From positions 1-61,128 of IMG/VR virus record IMGVR_UViG_3300027896_000041: a stretch of DNA of 61,128 nucleotides; one strand, given 5' to 3'. This DNA is from a virus (taxonomy: Duplodnaviria; Caudoviricetes). Both the position numbers and the translations under genes were made by a program. The notes under the pieces are model-generated. The model had not been told where the DNA came from. It was given only the letters and a program-made list of their open reading frames with translations, and did no database searches. The first letter of the stretch is position 1. The number at the start of each line of letters is the position of its first letter. This document shows, piece after piece, positions 38,775 to 49,639 of the stretch.

Positions 38775-39632
38775 TTATTCCTTTGTAATTAATTCCAATA
38801 CAGTTTTAAAATCGTTTATAACTTGTTCTTTATTAACGAACCAATCTGTATCTTTAATAATAAAAAATTTACATTTCAGATGGGCTGTTAACTCTTTTTC
38901 TCTTCTTTCATCATGTTCTATATAACAAGTACTGTTATGGTGTGATTCATAAACTTCTATTATAAGATTTAAATCTTCTAAATATCCATCAGGATAATAA
39001 CCAATACAGGTAAAATTTCTTTGAATTTTTCGACCAGTAATAGCTTCTAATTCATCTAATATTAATTTTTCATTCTTTCCCATTTGAACTTGATATTCTG
39101 ATCCTTGTGATTCTATATTATGAATAAAGTTTTCTCTATATGATTGTCTTGCCTCTGGAGTTCTGCAATATAAATCACCAAAATGCAAAATCTGAGTATC
39201 TATTTTTTTCTTCTTTATATCTTCAATTTTTGAAGGGTGATCTACACCATATCGATCTATACATGTTTGCTTAAATTTTTCTTTGAGCTCATCTGAATGT
39301 AATGGATTTATCACTCCATATTTTTTCATCATACCACTTTCTTTTACATCATCCAACATCAATATATTTTCAACACCAAAATTTTTCTTACATGTATCTC
39401 TCATCTTTTCTTGTATTTTCTTATTTTTAACTGCGCATGATGGTCCACAAAATTCATTATATGCTTCTGATAAATCTCTATTAAATTTCTTCTTTTTCCC
39501 GCATTCCGGGCAGATATCTTCATTCTCTTTTTTCAAATAAGTATCATAATATTGCTGAAGAGTAAGATTATGTATTTTTTGGATGTGATGACCGATCCTC
39601 TTCAATTCTATATTACAAATTTCACATTTCAT
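38775..39632 (-). CDS. Putative homing endonuclease, similar to 4273-5025, overlapping the RNAP beta stop codon
   Basis: CEIC..H...H, (F/Y)GV repeats, YYPDGY...IEVYESHH...D.RRE. Confidence 0.78.
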   Translation of the reverse strand: MKCEICNIELKRIGHHIQKIHNLTLQQYYDTYLKKENEDICPECGKKKKFNRDLSEAYNEFCGPSCAVKNKKIQEKMRDTCKKNFGVENILMLDDVKESGMMKKYGVINPLHSDELKEKFKQTCIDRYGVDHPSKIEDIKKKKIDTQILHFGDLYCRTPEARQSYRENFIHNIESQGSEYQVQMGKNEKLILDELEAITGRKIQRNFTCIGYYPDGYLEDLNLIIEVYESHHNSTCYIEHDERREKELTAHLKCKFFIIKDTDWFVNKEQVINDFKTVLELITKE

Positions 39633-42600
39633 AATTTTGCGTTTAACATCATTGAAGCTAAATAGACTTCTAGTGTTGATTTAGTTGCTCCGCTAGTAGA
39701 TTCTCTATACTTAGCTTCGCCCTTCTGAATGATATCGAATAAAATTTCATCTTTCAATTTCTTATTATCAGATAGCGGTCCTAATAATTCGCGTAGTAGA
39801 GTTTCGGCTCCATGCGCAGCTATTGCCCACGTATCAAATTCACCAAGTCTCTGTCCACCACCAGCAGATGCACCAGCTGTAGGCTGAGATGTACCAGTTG
39901 CATACTTGCCAATAGATCTAGCATTAATCTTATATTCTGCCTGCTGTTCCAGCTTCTTATAATAGAGATATCCTATTGCGACAGGATTTTTTGTCATCGT
40001 ATTATATTCAGGAAGTTTTAAATTATATGCTGATTTAAGTCCGGCCATTTTTAAAGTCTTAGATATCATTTCCTTACTAGGTACTTGGAATGGCGGAACT
40101 ATAATAGGAAGTATATACCCAGATGATTGAATCTTCTTGATATAATCAGAATATTGTTTATCTGATAGTGATGAAAATGATCGAACTATACTTCTTGATA
40201 ATGATTTATCTTTCGTTGCATCCATAGAGGTATAAATATTAGCAACCAATTTCATTGCTTTTTCAGTTTTAACTGGACCCATAGCAACTAATTGTTTGGC
40301 TAAAAACTTAGCAATTAAACCAGTATACATTTCATAAATCGTGCCAGGATTCATGCGGTTGATTACCGCAACAGGATTTAGAATAATGTCTATCGGTTCA
40401 CCCCACGGAGTAACAGGCATATTTTCAACTTTCTCAACTAAAGTAATAACACCTTTTCCACCATGACTATTAGCAAGCTTATCACCAACAATAGATACAT
40501 CGTACCGTTCTATTTTAAATACAACTCGTATACCAGAAAATGGTGTTTTAGAACCATGTTCATTTGTTAAGAATCTTTCTGGGAAAGGACCTTTCATCTC
40601 TTCCCATTTTCTTTTGAAGTTTTCAAATGCAGGTATTAGAACAGGGAATTTCTTAATAGATATATTTGGATAAACTTCTATTGCAATAATCTTGCCACCA
40701 GGTGATCTTTTAACCTGCTGACCTTCTATTAATTCTTCCTCTTCTATACCTAACAACTCTTCAACTTCTTTAGATGATCTAACGATTAAAACATCGCCTT
40801 TTTTAGTAAGGTCACCTTCTTTAGCAATTTGTTTGATGGTAGAGGTTGCTTTAATATCTATTGTTATTTCTTCATATGAAGTAGAAGTATATTTTTGACT
40901 TGCTACTCTATCAGAAATAATATAACCATCTTCAAATGCGTACCCTTTCCATCCCATTATAGCTGTTAAAAGATTACATCCAACTGAAATAACACCATCT
41001 TTAATATGTTTTCCTTCAGCAAGAATTTGACCAGCTTTTACCCTTTGACTATCTTTAACAACCGAAGTGAAATAATTTAAAGAACTCTTACCCTGAGCAG
41101 ATCTTAATATTTTAGTATCTAATGGAACTACATGGTTTTTACCCTTTGCATCTTTAACATACACTGCATTTCCACTCTGTCTAATAATCTCACCATCAAC
41201 AGGAGATTTCTTAACATAAGAATCAGTAAGCATTGAGGTCATTACTGTTTCAAATCCAGTTTGCACAAGTGGTTGTTCAGCACCTAATACAGGAATAGCT
41301 TGTTTTGTTTGAGATGCTTGCAACATAACTCGGCAACCATCATCAGAAGATACAAATGGAACACACGCTGAAGATGGACTTAGGCAAGATGACTTTATAT
41401 CTTTATCTTCAAATTTTCCAAATGAACCTCTAGAACTTCCCATAGCAGCATCGATTGTCAACTGATTAATTACACCGATAGTTCCATTTTCTGGAGTGTC
41501 CATCGGGTCGAAATTACCATAATAACTATCGTTAATATTTCTAGCGGATTTAATAACACTATGATCATCAGCTAAACCACCAGGACCAATAGGAGTAACT
41601 CTGGTTAAACTAGACAGCTCTTCATACGGATTAATATTTTCAAGAGATCTAATCATCTTACTACTATTAACGATATTACTAACTATCTGCTTAGTATCAC
41701 AATAATATTGAGCATCTTCGTCACCATGTTCTTTCTTCTGTCTATACTCATTATATGAACCAAGAATCAATTTCTGAATCTGATAATTGAATATTTCAGA
41801 GCTTCTGATTCTTTGTTTACTGATATCATTTCTATTGTATATAAGATTATTTGCTAGTCCCTTACAAATATAATAAATACAACCAGAAAATGTAGTTGGG
41901 AGCAATTTGGTTTTTAGAATCTGAACGGCAATAGGTTCCATAATATTATCTAATACAGTATCTATCTGGAATATACAATTTCTATTATCAGTCTGTTTAA
42001 TAAGGAGATTATGAATTGCTTCTTTTGAAGTTAAAGATGCTGTATCAAATATACCTTTCATCTCATATAATGAATTTATCAAAATCCTAGCTTCTGGAGT
42101 TGTGAAAGTAAATATCATAAATTTACCATCAGTCATCTCATATACTTTCAGATTTTTATCTTCTGGTTTTGCATCAACTATGCTAGTTTGAATTCCGAAC
42201 AACTTACATGTTTCATAAAAACCAATAGCATAAGACAATACCAAGAAGGTGGGTAATTCATATCCTGCTATATAGGTATTGAAATAAGATTTATGTTTTG
42301 TTAATTTATGGTGTGTCGCTACAGTAGAAAACATAGTTTCTAGTTTAGCTTCTGTTGGTTTAATAAAGAAAATTGGATCAATTATGATCTGAAAGATCAA
42401 ATATTTCTTTGATCCATTAATCATGAAGGTTCCATCATCTTGAATTTCTGGAAGATCTATAACTACTTCATGATTTTTCTTTTTCTCATCCTGCATAGTG
42501 ATAGAATATCTAACGGTCTTTGTTGGTTCAAGATCACCAGGATCTACAGCAAGAGATTCTTTCTTAAATTTAACAACCTTCAAAGGAAACGTCTTCTTGG

Positions 42601-43783
42601 TCTCTAGTAGTTTAAAAGATCTGAGTAGATCAGATTCAAAGGATTTTGTAAAGTCGACTTTCCTTTTACTTAAAATCTTACTAGGATTCTTATTCTCATT
42701 AACAGAATTCATACTAACTTTACTAAATACAGCATCTCTGGATTCATTTTTAAAAGTATCATCTTCAAGAATAGATTGTGATAATTCAGTCTTTATACTC
42801 TTTATAGTAGATGTATAATTTTCTGGTTTAATATTATCTGTGATATTATCAGATCTCTTTTTATCTCTAGTAATACTAAAAAGCGTTGATGCTATTGTTA
42901 ATTTATTAGCATCATCTGGATGAACTGCTGCCTGAGAAGTAATAGCAACTTGTTCATCTTCTGGCATCCTTTGAACATAAGATTTGATCGCCTTCTGCAT
43001 TTTTAAATTTACTATAGGTGCAATTTCCTGTCCCTGTCCTAACGATTCTTGATCATGATTACCCTGAACAGTATTCACAACATTCTTTGAAAAATCTGTT
43101 ATCTTTTCATCATCTTGAGTAGACTGATCAGTTAACATTATAGACTTCAAACTTTTAAATACGGTAAATAATCTAGAAGAGGATATACTGCCATCTGGTT
43201 TTGATAACAAAGTATACTTTACGGTCCCCTCTGATTGAATCCCCAGCATCACATAATCGAAAGGTATCCCTTCTTTAGAATTGAACATTGCATATAATGC
43301 AGTAGCCCGTCTGTTCCAAATAGAATCAGCTATGGGTTGATTTAAATCCACATAATAGAGCAAAACATTTTTTCTATTAGGATATTCTGCTTTAACAGAA
43401 TTTAGATATGAAAAAATTTTCGAAAGTATTATGGATCTTCTGTAATTCCCTTTTTTAAACTTAGCATCTAACAATTGAAGAAAAACAGAAACATCAATAA
43501 AAAGATTGGTGATAAATGATTTATTTATTCTTATCGGAGAAATCTTATTTGAATAAAATTGCGATAGTGTTTTTGGGTTGGGTACTATTCTGGGTAATAT
43601 AGAAGGAAGAACCGTTCCATAACGAACAAACCTTTTTGGTATCTGCATTTTTGGATACGCTAAAGAAAAAGATGTATTTTCAGGATAAAAAATAATGTTA
43701 TAAAATTCATCATTTAAATCTTTTGTAATAGCTAGACTATTAGTATAGAACGGGTACAATCGAAGTTTCTTCAAATCAATCAT
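39629..43783 (-). CDS. rpoB: Phage multisubunit RNA polymerase beta-like subunit with a large N-terminal extension
   Basis: DGTFMING, DPMDTPENGTIG, VPFVSSDDGCR, GYAFEDG, GDKLANSHGGKGVI, YYKKL, GGQRLGEFD. Confidence 0.93.
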   Translation of the reverse strand: MIDLKKLRLYPFYTNSLAITKDLNDEFYNIIFYPENTSFSLAYPKMQIPKRFVRYGTVLPSILPRIVPNPKTLSQFYSNKISPIRINKSFITNLFIDVSVFLQLLDAKFKKGNYRRSIILSKIFSYLNSVKAEYPNRKNVLLYYVDLNQPIADSIWNRRATALYAMFNSKEGIPFDYVMLGIQSEGTVKYTLLSKPDGSISSSRLFTVFKSLKSIMLTDQSTQDDEKITDFSKNVVNTVQGNHDQESLGQGQEIAPIVNLKMQKAIKSYVQRMPEDEQVAITSQAAVHPDDANKLTIASTLFSITRDKKRSDNITDNIKPENYTSTIKSIKTELSQSILEDDTFKNESRDAVFSKVSMNSVNENKNPSKILSKRKVDFTKSFESDLLRSFKLLETKKTFPLKVVKFKKESLAVDPGDLEPTKTVRYSITMQDEKKKNHEVVIDLPEIQDDGTFMINGSKKYLIFQIIIDPIFFIKPTEAKLETMFSTVATHHKLTKHKSYFNTYIAGYELPTFLVLSYAIGFYETCKLFGIQTSIVDAKPEDKNLKVYEMTDGKFMIFTFTTPEARILINSLYEMKGIFDTASLTSKEAIHNLLIKQTDNRNCIFQIDTVLDNIMEPIAVQILKTKLLPTTFSGCIYYICKGLANNLIYNRNDISKQRIRSSEIFNYQIQKLILGSYNEYRQKKEHGDEDAQYYCDTKQIVSNIVNSSKMIRSLENINPYEELSSLTRVTPIGPGGLADDHSVIKSARNINDSYYGNFDPMDTPENGTIGVINQLTIDAAMGSSRGSFGKFEDKDIKSSCLSPSSACVPFVSSDDGCRVMLQASQTKQAIPVLGAEQPLVQTGFETVMTSMLTDSYVKKSPVDGEIIRQSGNAVYVKDAKGKNHVVPLDTKILRSAQGKSSLNYFTSVVKDSQRVKAGQILAEGKHIKDGVISVGCNLLTAIMGWKGYAFEDGYIISDRVASQKYTSTSYEEITIDIKATSTIKQIAKEGDLTKKGDVLIVRSSKEVEELLGIEEEELIEGQQVKRSPGGKIIAIEVYPNISIKKFPVLIPAFENFKRKWEEMKGPFPERFLTNEHGSKTPFSGIRVVFKIERYDVSIVGDKLANSHGGKGVITLVEKVENMPVTPWGEPIDIILNPVAVINRMNPGTIYEMYTGLIAKFLAKQLVAMGPVKTEKAMKLVANIYTSMDATKDKSLSRSIVRSFSSLSDKQYSDYIKKIQSSGYILPIIVPPFQVPSKEMISKTLKMAGLKSAYNLKLPEYNTMTKNPVAIGYLYYKKLEQQAEYKINARSIGKYATGTSQPTAGASAGGGQRLGEFDTWAIAAHGAETLLRELLGPLSDNKKLKDEILFDIIQKGEAKYRESTSGATKSTLEVYLASMMLNAKL

Positions 43784-43792
43784 AATAAATCC

Positions 43793-44569
43793 TTACGATG
43801 TAAGTACTTTGTTTTTTCTGTGTTTATCAATAAATCTCAGAATTGATGCTTTATCTTCTGATGGATCTACTGGTTCACCAGCAGAAATATTTAATTCTTC
43901 CTCTGGTTGCTTCTCAAGATCTTCTTCCTTTGAAGATAACTGTTTTAATATAGAAGTGATTTTAACTGGATCAAAGTGCTTTTGATCTTTGTTATATATA
44001 CTCATATATTTAATCAATCCATCTTTTTCAATTGCTAAAAGAACATTATCAAATGGAAATGCCCCTTCTCCTACCTTTGCAATCATAGCTAATACAACTG
44101 ATCTTCTCTGTATTAATTGCTCTGGTATATCTTTTGATACATCCGCATGATATATCAATATACTATTATATCCACCAAACTTTTTCGATTCTGTTAAATA
44201 GGTAATAATTTTAGATAATACTACTGGTCTACTATACACTGATTTTCCATATTGCTCATCTAATTTTGTGAAAAATAAACCAGTATCAATAAACGTATTT
44301 GAATTATCCGGTCTTGTGATTGGAATTAAACCGAGAGATTTCTTATAAGGCATAAGATCACTAGCTGTCACTATGATCCTAGGCATCACTGATGGAATAA
44401 TAGAAACTTTTTTAGCATACTGTCTTCTGATGTTTAATTTAGGATACGTTGATAAAAAATCACTATTCTCAGATACGAAAATTATGTTGTATGGTTTCGG
44501 TTCATTGTTCGGAATAGATATCTGATTAGTTGCATATGGAAACAACTTCATCTTCATTACATTTAACAT
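43793..44569 (-). CDS. Stand-alone paralog of the N-terminal ~215 aa of the beta subunit
   Basis: Colinear matches YNIIF..EN..F...YPK, PS..PRI, FID...F...LD, LSKI..YL, RR, PFD.V.L.I...G..KY. Confidence 0.85.
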   Translation of the reverse strand: MLNVMKMKLFPYATNQISIPNNEPKPYNIIFVSENSDFLSTYPKLNIRRQYAKKVSIIPSVMPRIIVTASDLMPYKKSLGLIPITRPDNSNTFIDTGLFFTKLDEQYGKSVYSRPVVLSKIITYLTESKKFGGYNSILIYHADVSKDIPEQLIQRRSVVLAMIAKVGEGAFPFDNVLLAIEKDGLIKYMSIYNKDQKHFDPVKITSILKQLSSKEEDLEKQPEEELNISAGEPVDPSEDKASILRFIDKHRKNKVLTS

Positions 44570-44599
44570 AGCACACTCCCTTTAAATTTTGTTCTCAAT

Positions 44600-47500
44600 T
44601 TAGAAGTTTCCTGTGATAAGTTTCTCTAGTATTGTTTCATCTCCAGGTCTAGTATAAACTAATCCAGTGGTAATAGATTGTTTCGGATTTTCAAAAGCGA
44701 ATGATTGTAACCATGATTCCATTCCTGGTATAGATTTCAATGATTTAACTATCGGATCATAGTTCTTATTTAACCTAGCAGGATATGACGGATTCCCCTT
44801 ATCTCTCAATAGATTAGAAGCAAGAATTTCAAAGTGAATCATGTCAGCTCTCTTATTCAAATCAGTATAAATATCGTATAATTTCATACAGAAGTGATCA
44901 GCATTTCTCCAAGGTGTCTTACCAGAAAATGTAGCATTAATAATCTTAATCTTTTCCGAGAATACCTGTGGTGTTGGTAAGCAATCAAATACAACTGATC
45001 CCTTTTTGAATTTAATTGATATTATACCATTATGCTCTAGAAATACTTTATCTCTTAGATCTATAGCAATTTTATTATCAATAGTAGCATCAGCTGTAAA
45101 TGATAAATATTTAATTCTGAAGAAAGCATAATTTAAAGATAGTGTATCTTTTGTTTGCATTATATCTGCATGCGGATCTTCATACTCAGAAATATCTATT
45201 GTTATTTCACCATCGGTTTCAGCTACCAGTTTGGATTCTTTTTGAACGAAAGATTTTAATAGGTAATGTTTTTCTGCATCAGGAATAATTCTAGATAATT
45301 CATTTATAATATCTACCGTCTTAATACTAACAGAACCGCCAGTATGGAATGTTCTCATAATAGTCTGAGTCAAACACTCACCGCATATCTCACCAGCAAG
45401 TATCCCAACATATTTGGTTCTATTTCTTAATAACAAGTTACCATAGCATGTTAAACAAATATCTTTAGAAAGACAATAAAGCGGCGACCTAAGTGATACA
45501 ACCTTACCTATATACTTATTATCAAACGGAACTATTTTGCCGTCTGGATCAACTAAATATCTCCCCGATAATCTCTTAGCTATATCAGGAGTAACTTTCA
45601 CAGTGAGATATCTTTTAGTCTTACAATCTTTAACTCTTGGATCTGCTTCCACTCTCTGTAATGCAAATACTAATTGTCTGGATAAATATCCAGTATCAGA
45701 TGTATTAATAACTCTATCTATAATACCTTGTCTAGATCCATATCCACTCTGGAAGAAATCTTCACTATTAAATCCATCAGAGAATGAAGATGATAATACT
45801 CTAGGTCCAGAAGGTCCAGTAATTATACCTTTAGCTACAAGAATCTGAGACGCCTGTCCATATCCTTTTAAACCACCAGCTTTACCCATTAGACCTAAAT
45901 TAGTATTTTTGGTTTCTAAATATGTTCTTAAAGCTTTTTGAATCTTATTTAAAATAATCTGAGCCTTCTCTGGATTTGACTCTTTTTTTAATTCTTCTTT
46001 GAGTGCTAAAACATCAGCCGGTATATCCATCAAATCATCTAATGAGAGTGTTGGTGCCATGATAGTATAGTATTTCATACCCAGATTAATCATATCATTT
46101 ATGAAAGTAACATAAATCTGCTTATCAACATGTCCATATAACTTATATGCTTGCTCAGCTAAATTTGCTACATCGTCCTTTGATATTGGTTTATTAATAT
46201 TCATTTTCTTAGTAGGCATTATTTTATTAAAAATAACTCTTCCTACTGTAGTTACTTCACCATCATATCTAATAATATCAAGAGGATGAAGTGTTTGTAA
46301 TTCATCGTCTGATTTCATAACTTTAGGAGCATTCTTAAATGGTGAATCTTGTGTTAAAGCATAAATTCCGATTACCATATCTTTACTGAAATCATCTGAT
46401 AAAGCATTCATTGAATCCTTTGATTCAGATGAAATCATTTTATCTCTAGCTTCGTCGATAGCTTCTTTAGTTACAGGAACATAAATAGCCATTGCATCAC
46501 CATCAAAATCTGCATTGAATGCTGCACATTTAGCCACCGATAATTGAATCGTTTCTCCTTCCGTCATGACCGGTTTGAATCCTTGAACCGATTCACAATG
46601 CAGAGCAGGATCTCGTTTAGCTATTACTACTTTACCTATAATAGCTCTTGATACAGATGCTTTAATTACTTCTTCTAATTCCAGAGGAATCTTGTATCCA
46701 TTATGAATACTTGTTAATACAGATTTAAGAGCAGGAATTGAAAGTGTTGATACTGGATCCCACATTTTTAATAGTTCTGCTAATTTTTCTCTATTAACAT
46801 TTTTACTATTATATAGGTCATATAAAACAAATGGTTCATATAATTTAACCAGAGCTTTGAAAGGAATTCCTATCTCATCCACCTTTATTTTACCTGCACC
46901 GCCAGTAATTACAGCGCGTCCTGTAAAGTCCGCTCTTTTGCCCAAAATGCTCTGTCTGATCATACCTTCTTTTTTAGAAACTTTCGAAATTAAAAATTCA
47001 TATAGATCATCTACAAGTTCCTGCATTTTCTGAGATAATATATCATACATCGGACCACTAAAAACTGATAACGATTGTATCTGCAGCGACTGTCTCATTA
47101 TTTTGAAATAATAATCATTAACGGGTGGTGTTCTAAAACCACCATGTATTTCATCGACTTCTTGATCTCTAAATCCTGCAGGCATCACAATACATTTATC
47201 GATAAAAGCTAAACCCTTTTTATGATATGCTAGAGCCATATTCTTTAGATCTATTCGAAACTGATCCTCTTCTACTCGAGCTAGCATCTTTTCAAAATTT
47301 TTCATTACTGCATTCAAACTGTTTATTTCACCAGCTTTATCTTCTATTAAGAGACCAGTCTTATCCATTTTATAAGCTGCTTTTCTTGTGATGGCTAAAA
47401 TTATTTTCTTATTCAATCTCTCTATAGGTTTAACTAATGCAGGATGCAAAACTTTGCAATGCAAATCTATAAAAGAGAAATTTCGTTTTCTCTCAATTGA

Positions 47501-47635
47501 TTCTTTAGAACCAAAAATAATTTCTGAAAATAGACCGTCCGGGTGAAAAGCTGCTGATTTACCGACATTAAATTCAGTTGACGTAACGGGTTTCATGTTA
47601 GCAGTCACCCTATCAAGTTCCATTAAATAAATCAT
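44600..47635 (-). CDS. rpoC: Phage multisubunit RNA polymerase beta'-like catalytic subunit
   Basis: DGLFSE.IFG, GKRADFTGRAVI, RDPALH, NADFDGD active site, T...GYLSRQL, SPL.C...C..CYG, TQ..MRTFHTGG. Confidence 0.95.
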   Translation of the reverse strand: MIYLMELDRVTANMKPVTSTEFNVGKSAAFHPDGLFSEIIFGSKESIERKRNFSFIDLHCKVLHPALVKPIERLNKKIILAITRKAAYKMDKTGLLIEDKAGEINSLNAVMKNFEKMLARVEEDQFRIDLKNMALAYHKKGLAFIDKCIVMPAGFRDQEVDEIHGGFRTPPVNDYYFKIMRQSLQIQSLSVFSGPMYDILSQKMQELVDDLYEFLISKVSKKEGMIRQSILGKRADFTGRAVITGGAGKIKVDEIGIPFKALVKLYEPFVLYDLYNSKNVNREKLAELLKMWDPVSTLSIPALKSVLTSIHNGYKIPLELEEVIKASVSRAIIGKVVIAKRDPALHCESVQGFKPVMTEGETIQLSVAKCAAFNADFDGDAMAIYVPVTKEAIDEARDKMISSESKDSMNALSDDFSKDMVIGIYALTQDSPFKNAPKVMKSDDELQTLHPLDIIRYDGEVTTVGRVIFNKIMPTKKMNINKPISKDDVANLAEQAYKLYGHVDKQIYVTFINDMINLGMKYYTIMAPTLSLDDLMDIPADVLALKEELKKESNPEKAQIILNKIQKALRTYLETKNTNLGLMGKAGGLKGYGQASQILVAKGIITGPSGPRVLSSSFSDGFNSEDFFQSGYGSRQGIIDRVINTSDTGYLSRQLVFALQRVEADPRVKDCKTKRYLTVKVTPDIAKRLSGRYLVDPDGKIVPFDNKYIGKVVSLRSPLYCLSKDICLTCYGNLLLRNRTKYVGILAGEICGECLTQTIMRTFHTGGSVSIKTVDIINELSRIIPDAEKHYLLKSFVQKESKLVAETDGEITIDISEYEDPHADIMQTKDTLSLNYAFFRIKYLSFTADATIDNKIAIDLRDKVFLEHNGIISIKFKKGSVVFDCLPTPQVFSEKIKIINATFSGKTPWRNADHFCMKLYDIYTDLNKRADMIHFEILASNLLRDKGNPSYPARLNKNYDPIVKSLKSIPGMESWLQSFAFENPKQSITTGLVYTRPGDETILEKLITGNF

Positions 47636-47642
47636 ATAACTC

Positions 47643-48017
47643 CTATGCCCCTTTCTGTGGATGCAATATCTGTTTTGCCGGCATCATAGATTGTCCTGCG
47701 GGTGTCTTTGTTTGTCTTTTCTTTAACTTGTTATTATAAGAAGATAATTTCATAACTTCTTTATTTCTTCTATCTAATAAATATGAAAGTTTTGTTTGTA
47801 CAGCGGGATTTGGCATTGCTGGATTTACTGATTTTTGCAGCTGGTGTATGGATATTGTTAGTTGCTGTATTTTACATCGGGAAGTACAAACAGATACTTG
47901 TTGCTGATAGTTCGGACCATTTTTAAACGATCTCCGGCATCTTTCAGAACACTGATCAAAATTATCTTGGGTATTTGCCACTGCCTCAAATACGCTAACT
48001 TCGTTTAATGTTTCCAT
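47643..48017 (-). CDS. Hypothetical protein leading the RNAP operon
   Basis: C...C...C...C helical protein; GAACAAAAT motif upstream. Confidence 0.6.
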   Translation of the reverse strand: METLNEVSVFEAVANTQDNFDQCSERCRRSFKNGPNYQQQVSVCTSRCKIQQLTISIHQLQKSVNPAMPNPAVQTKLSYLLDRRNKEVMKLSSYNNKLKKRQTKTPAGQSMMPAKQILHPQKGA

Positions 48018-48135
48018 AATGATATTAATCCCTTTGTATTTTGTTCTATTTTATTAATCATGAATCAAAATATTTTCAATAGATCAGTTCTTGAATGGAT
48101 GAAACTACTATATATATAGCATAAAAGGAGATAGT

Positions 48136-49557
48136 ATGATAAAATTTAAAGAAACAGGCAAGAGAAAATATAAGCTTTTTCAATTGGAAACAGTTGGTGA
48201 AGCAGCGCAAGAAACATTGATTTGCAATTTGGATCTAGTATTCTCCCCCATCTCGAATAAGTTTTTCAGGTTAACAGAATTTGTTGAAGATTGCAGTGAA
48301 AAATTAGGATCAGAATTTGATACATGGTTTATCGCCCTTATTACTGATTACAGAAAATCTAATTTTGATTATCAAGTAATCAAAAGAAATATTCCTATGC
48401 TAAAGGAAATGTGTAATAAGTATCTCGAAAAGATCAATATCAATTTTGAAGATTATATAAATAAATCGAAAGCTTCGAAGAACAGTATATTCTTTGATGC
48501 AACGGAAATTAAGAAAATTATACAGGTATCAAATTACCTGAAATTGTATTTCATTATCGCTCAAGATACTGAAATGAAATTGGTGAATAAGTTTCATAAA
48601 GAAGCTTATAATAAATTGATCGAAGATATCAATAACAATAATACAATCTATAAATTATTCAAAATCGTCAGTTCAAAGACGTATGAGTATAATTATACTG
48701 ACAAGTATATGTGGGATTACATTAAAACGATTTATTGTAAGACTACAGATATGCACGTCTTCTCAATTTTTAACTTTTTGATGAATAATATTTTGGTTAC
48801 ATGCAGTACGACACAGAATCCTATTCCGTATCTTATTAGTGTGATCGATGAATCAATTAAATGGATATTGAAGAATATCTATAAGGATGCGATTATATAT
48901 TCTGATACTATTAGTACTCAGGATGTATATACGATCCAGGGTAAAGATAATTTACAGAGTTATGCTCATAATGATACTGTAGGTAAGCTTCTGGTCATAA
49001 GTTATAACGAATTAGACAAATCAGGAATTGATAAGCTGGAAAGATTTAAAGTTACCCTGAGCGGTCTGAAAGAAATATCGTTATTCTCAAATTATATTAC
49101 GTATCCAGTATTGAGTAAGGTTCTAGATATTCCGTACAGGCATTTCTTAACCTTGTCAGTATCGAATTCGTATCTGCTAAATCTCTTAGTATTTAATCTG
49201 CTTCCAGATGAATTCAAGAAGAAGTATCCTATATTAACGAAGATGTTGTTATACTATAATAAGCAAAAACCTATTCTGAAGACGACATATAAAGTTAAGG
49301 CAATTGATGTATTCACGGAAACTTCGGGTACGTTCTTAAGTTTCAAAAATTACGATACGCCATATGATTTTTATAGCTCAGTATGCGGTAAGATTAGTCG
49401 GAATACATATTCATCATTTATTAACGAGCAAGAAATATTAAATTTCCCGTTGGCAAAATTGGAAGTTGACATTATTAAGTTCTATAATGATTACTTTGAT
49501 AATCGAATGGATCCTCTGTTTGATGAACTCAGAGTCAAAATAGATAAAATGTTGTAA
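48136..49557 (+). CDS. 473-aa hypothetical protein divergent from the RNAP operon
   Basis: AAGGAG RBS, long ORF, own terminator. Confidence 0.75.
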   Translation: MIKFKETGKRKYKLFQLETVGEAAQETLICNLDLVFSPISNKFFRLTEFVEDCSEKLGSEFDTWFIALITDYRKSNFDYQVIKRNIPMLKEMCNKYLEKININFEDYINKSKASKNSIFFDATEIKKIIQVSNYLKLYFIIAQDTEMKLVNKFHKEAYNKLIEDINNNNTIYKLFKIVSSKTYEYNYTDKYMWDYIKTIYCKTTDMHVFSIFNFLMNNILVTCSTTQNPIPYLISVIDESIKWILKNIYKDAIIYSDTISTQDVYTIQGKDNLQSYAHNDTVGKLLVISYNELDKSGIDKLERFKVTLSGLKEISLFSNYITYPVLSKVLDIPYRHFLTLSVSNSYLLNLLVFNLLPDEFKKKYPILTKMLLYYNKQKPILKTTYKVKAIDVFTETSGTFLSFKNYDTPYDFYSSVCGKISRNTYSSFINEQEILNFPLAKLEVDIIKFYNDYFDNRMDPLFDELRVKIDKML

Positions 49558-49561
49558 AAGT

Positions 49562-49599
49562 AAGGTGGTGTAGGAGGTTAAACTTCTGCACCACCTTTC
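49562..49599 (+). terminator. Terminator hairpin
   Basis: AAGGTGGTGTAGGAG/CTTCTGCACCACCTT with G.U pairs on the + strand. Confidence 0.7.
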
Positions 49600-49639
49600 T
49601 CACATCATGAAAAAATTAAAAGGAGTTTGCTTTCAAATT

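Noticed and set aside
39629-47635. Inteins or introns in the RNAP genes
   Set aside because: The frames are continuous and I saw no intein splice motifs; the extra length in beta is the N-terminal duplicated domain
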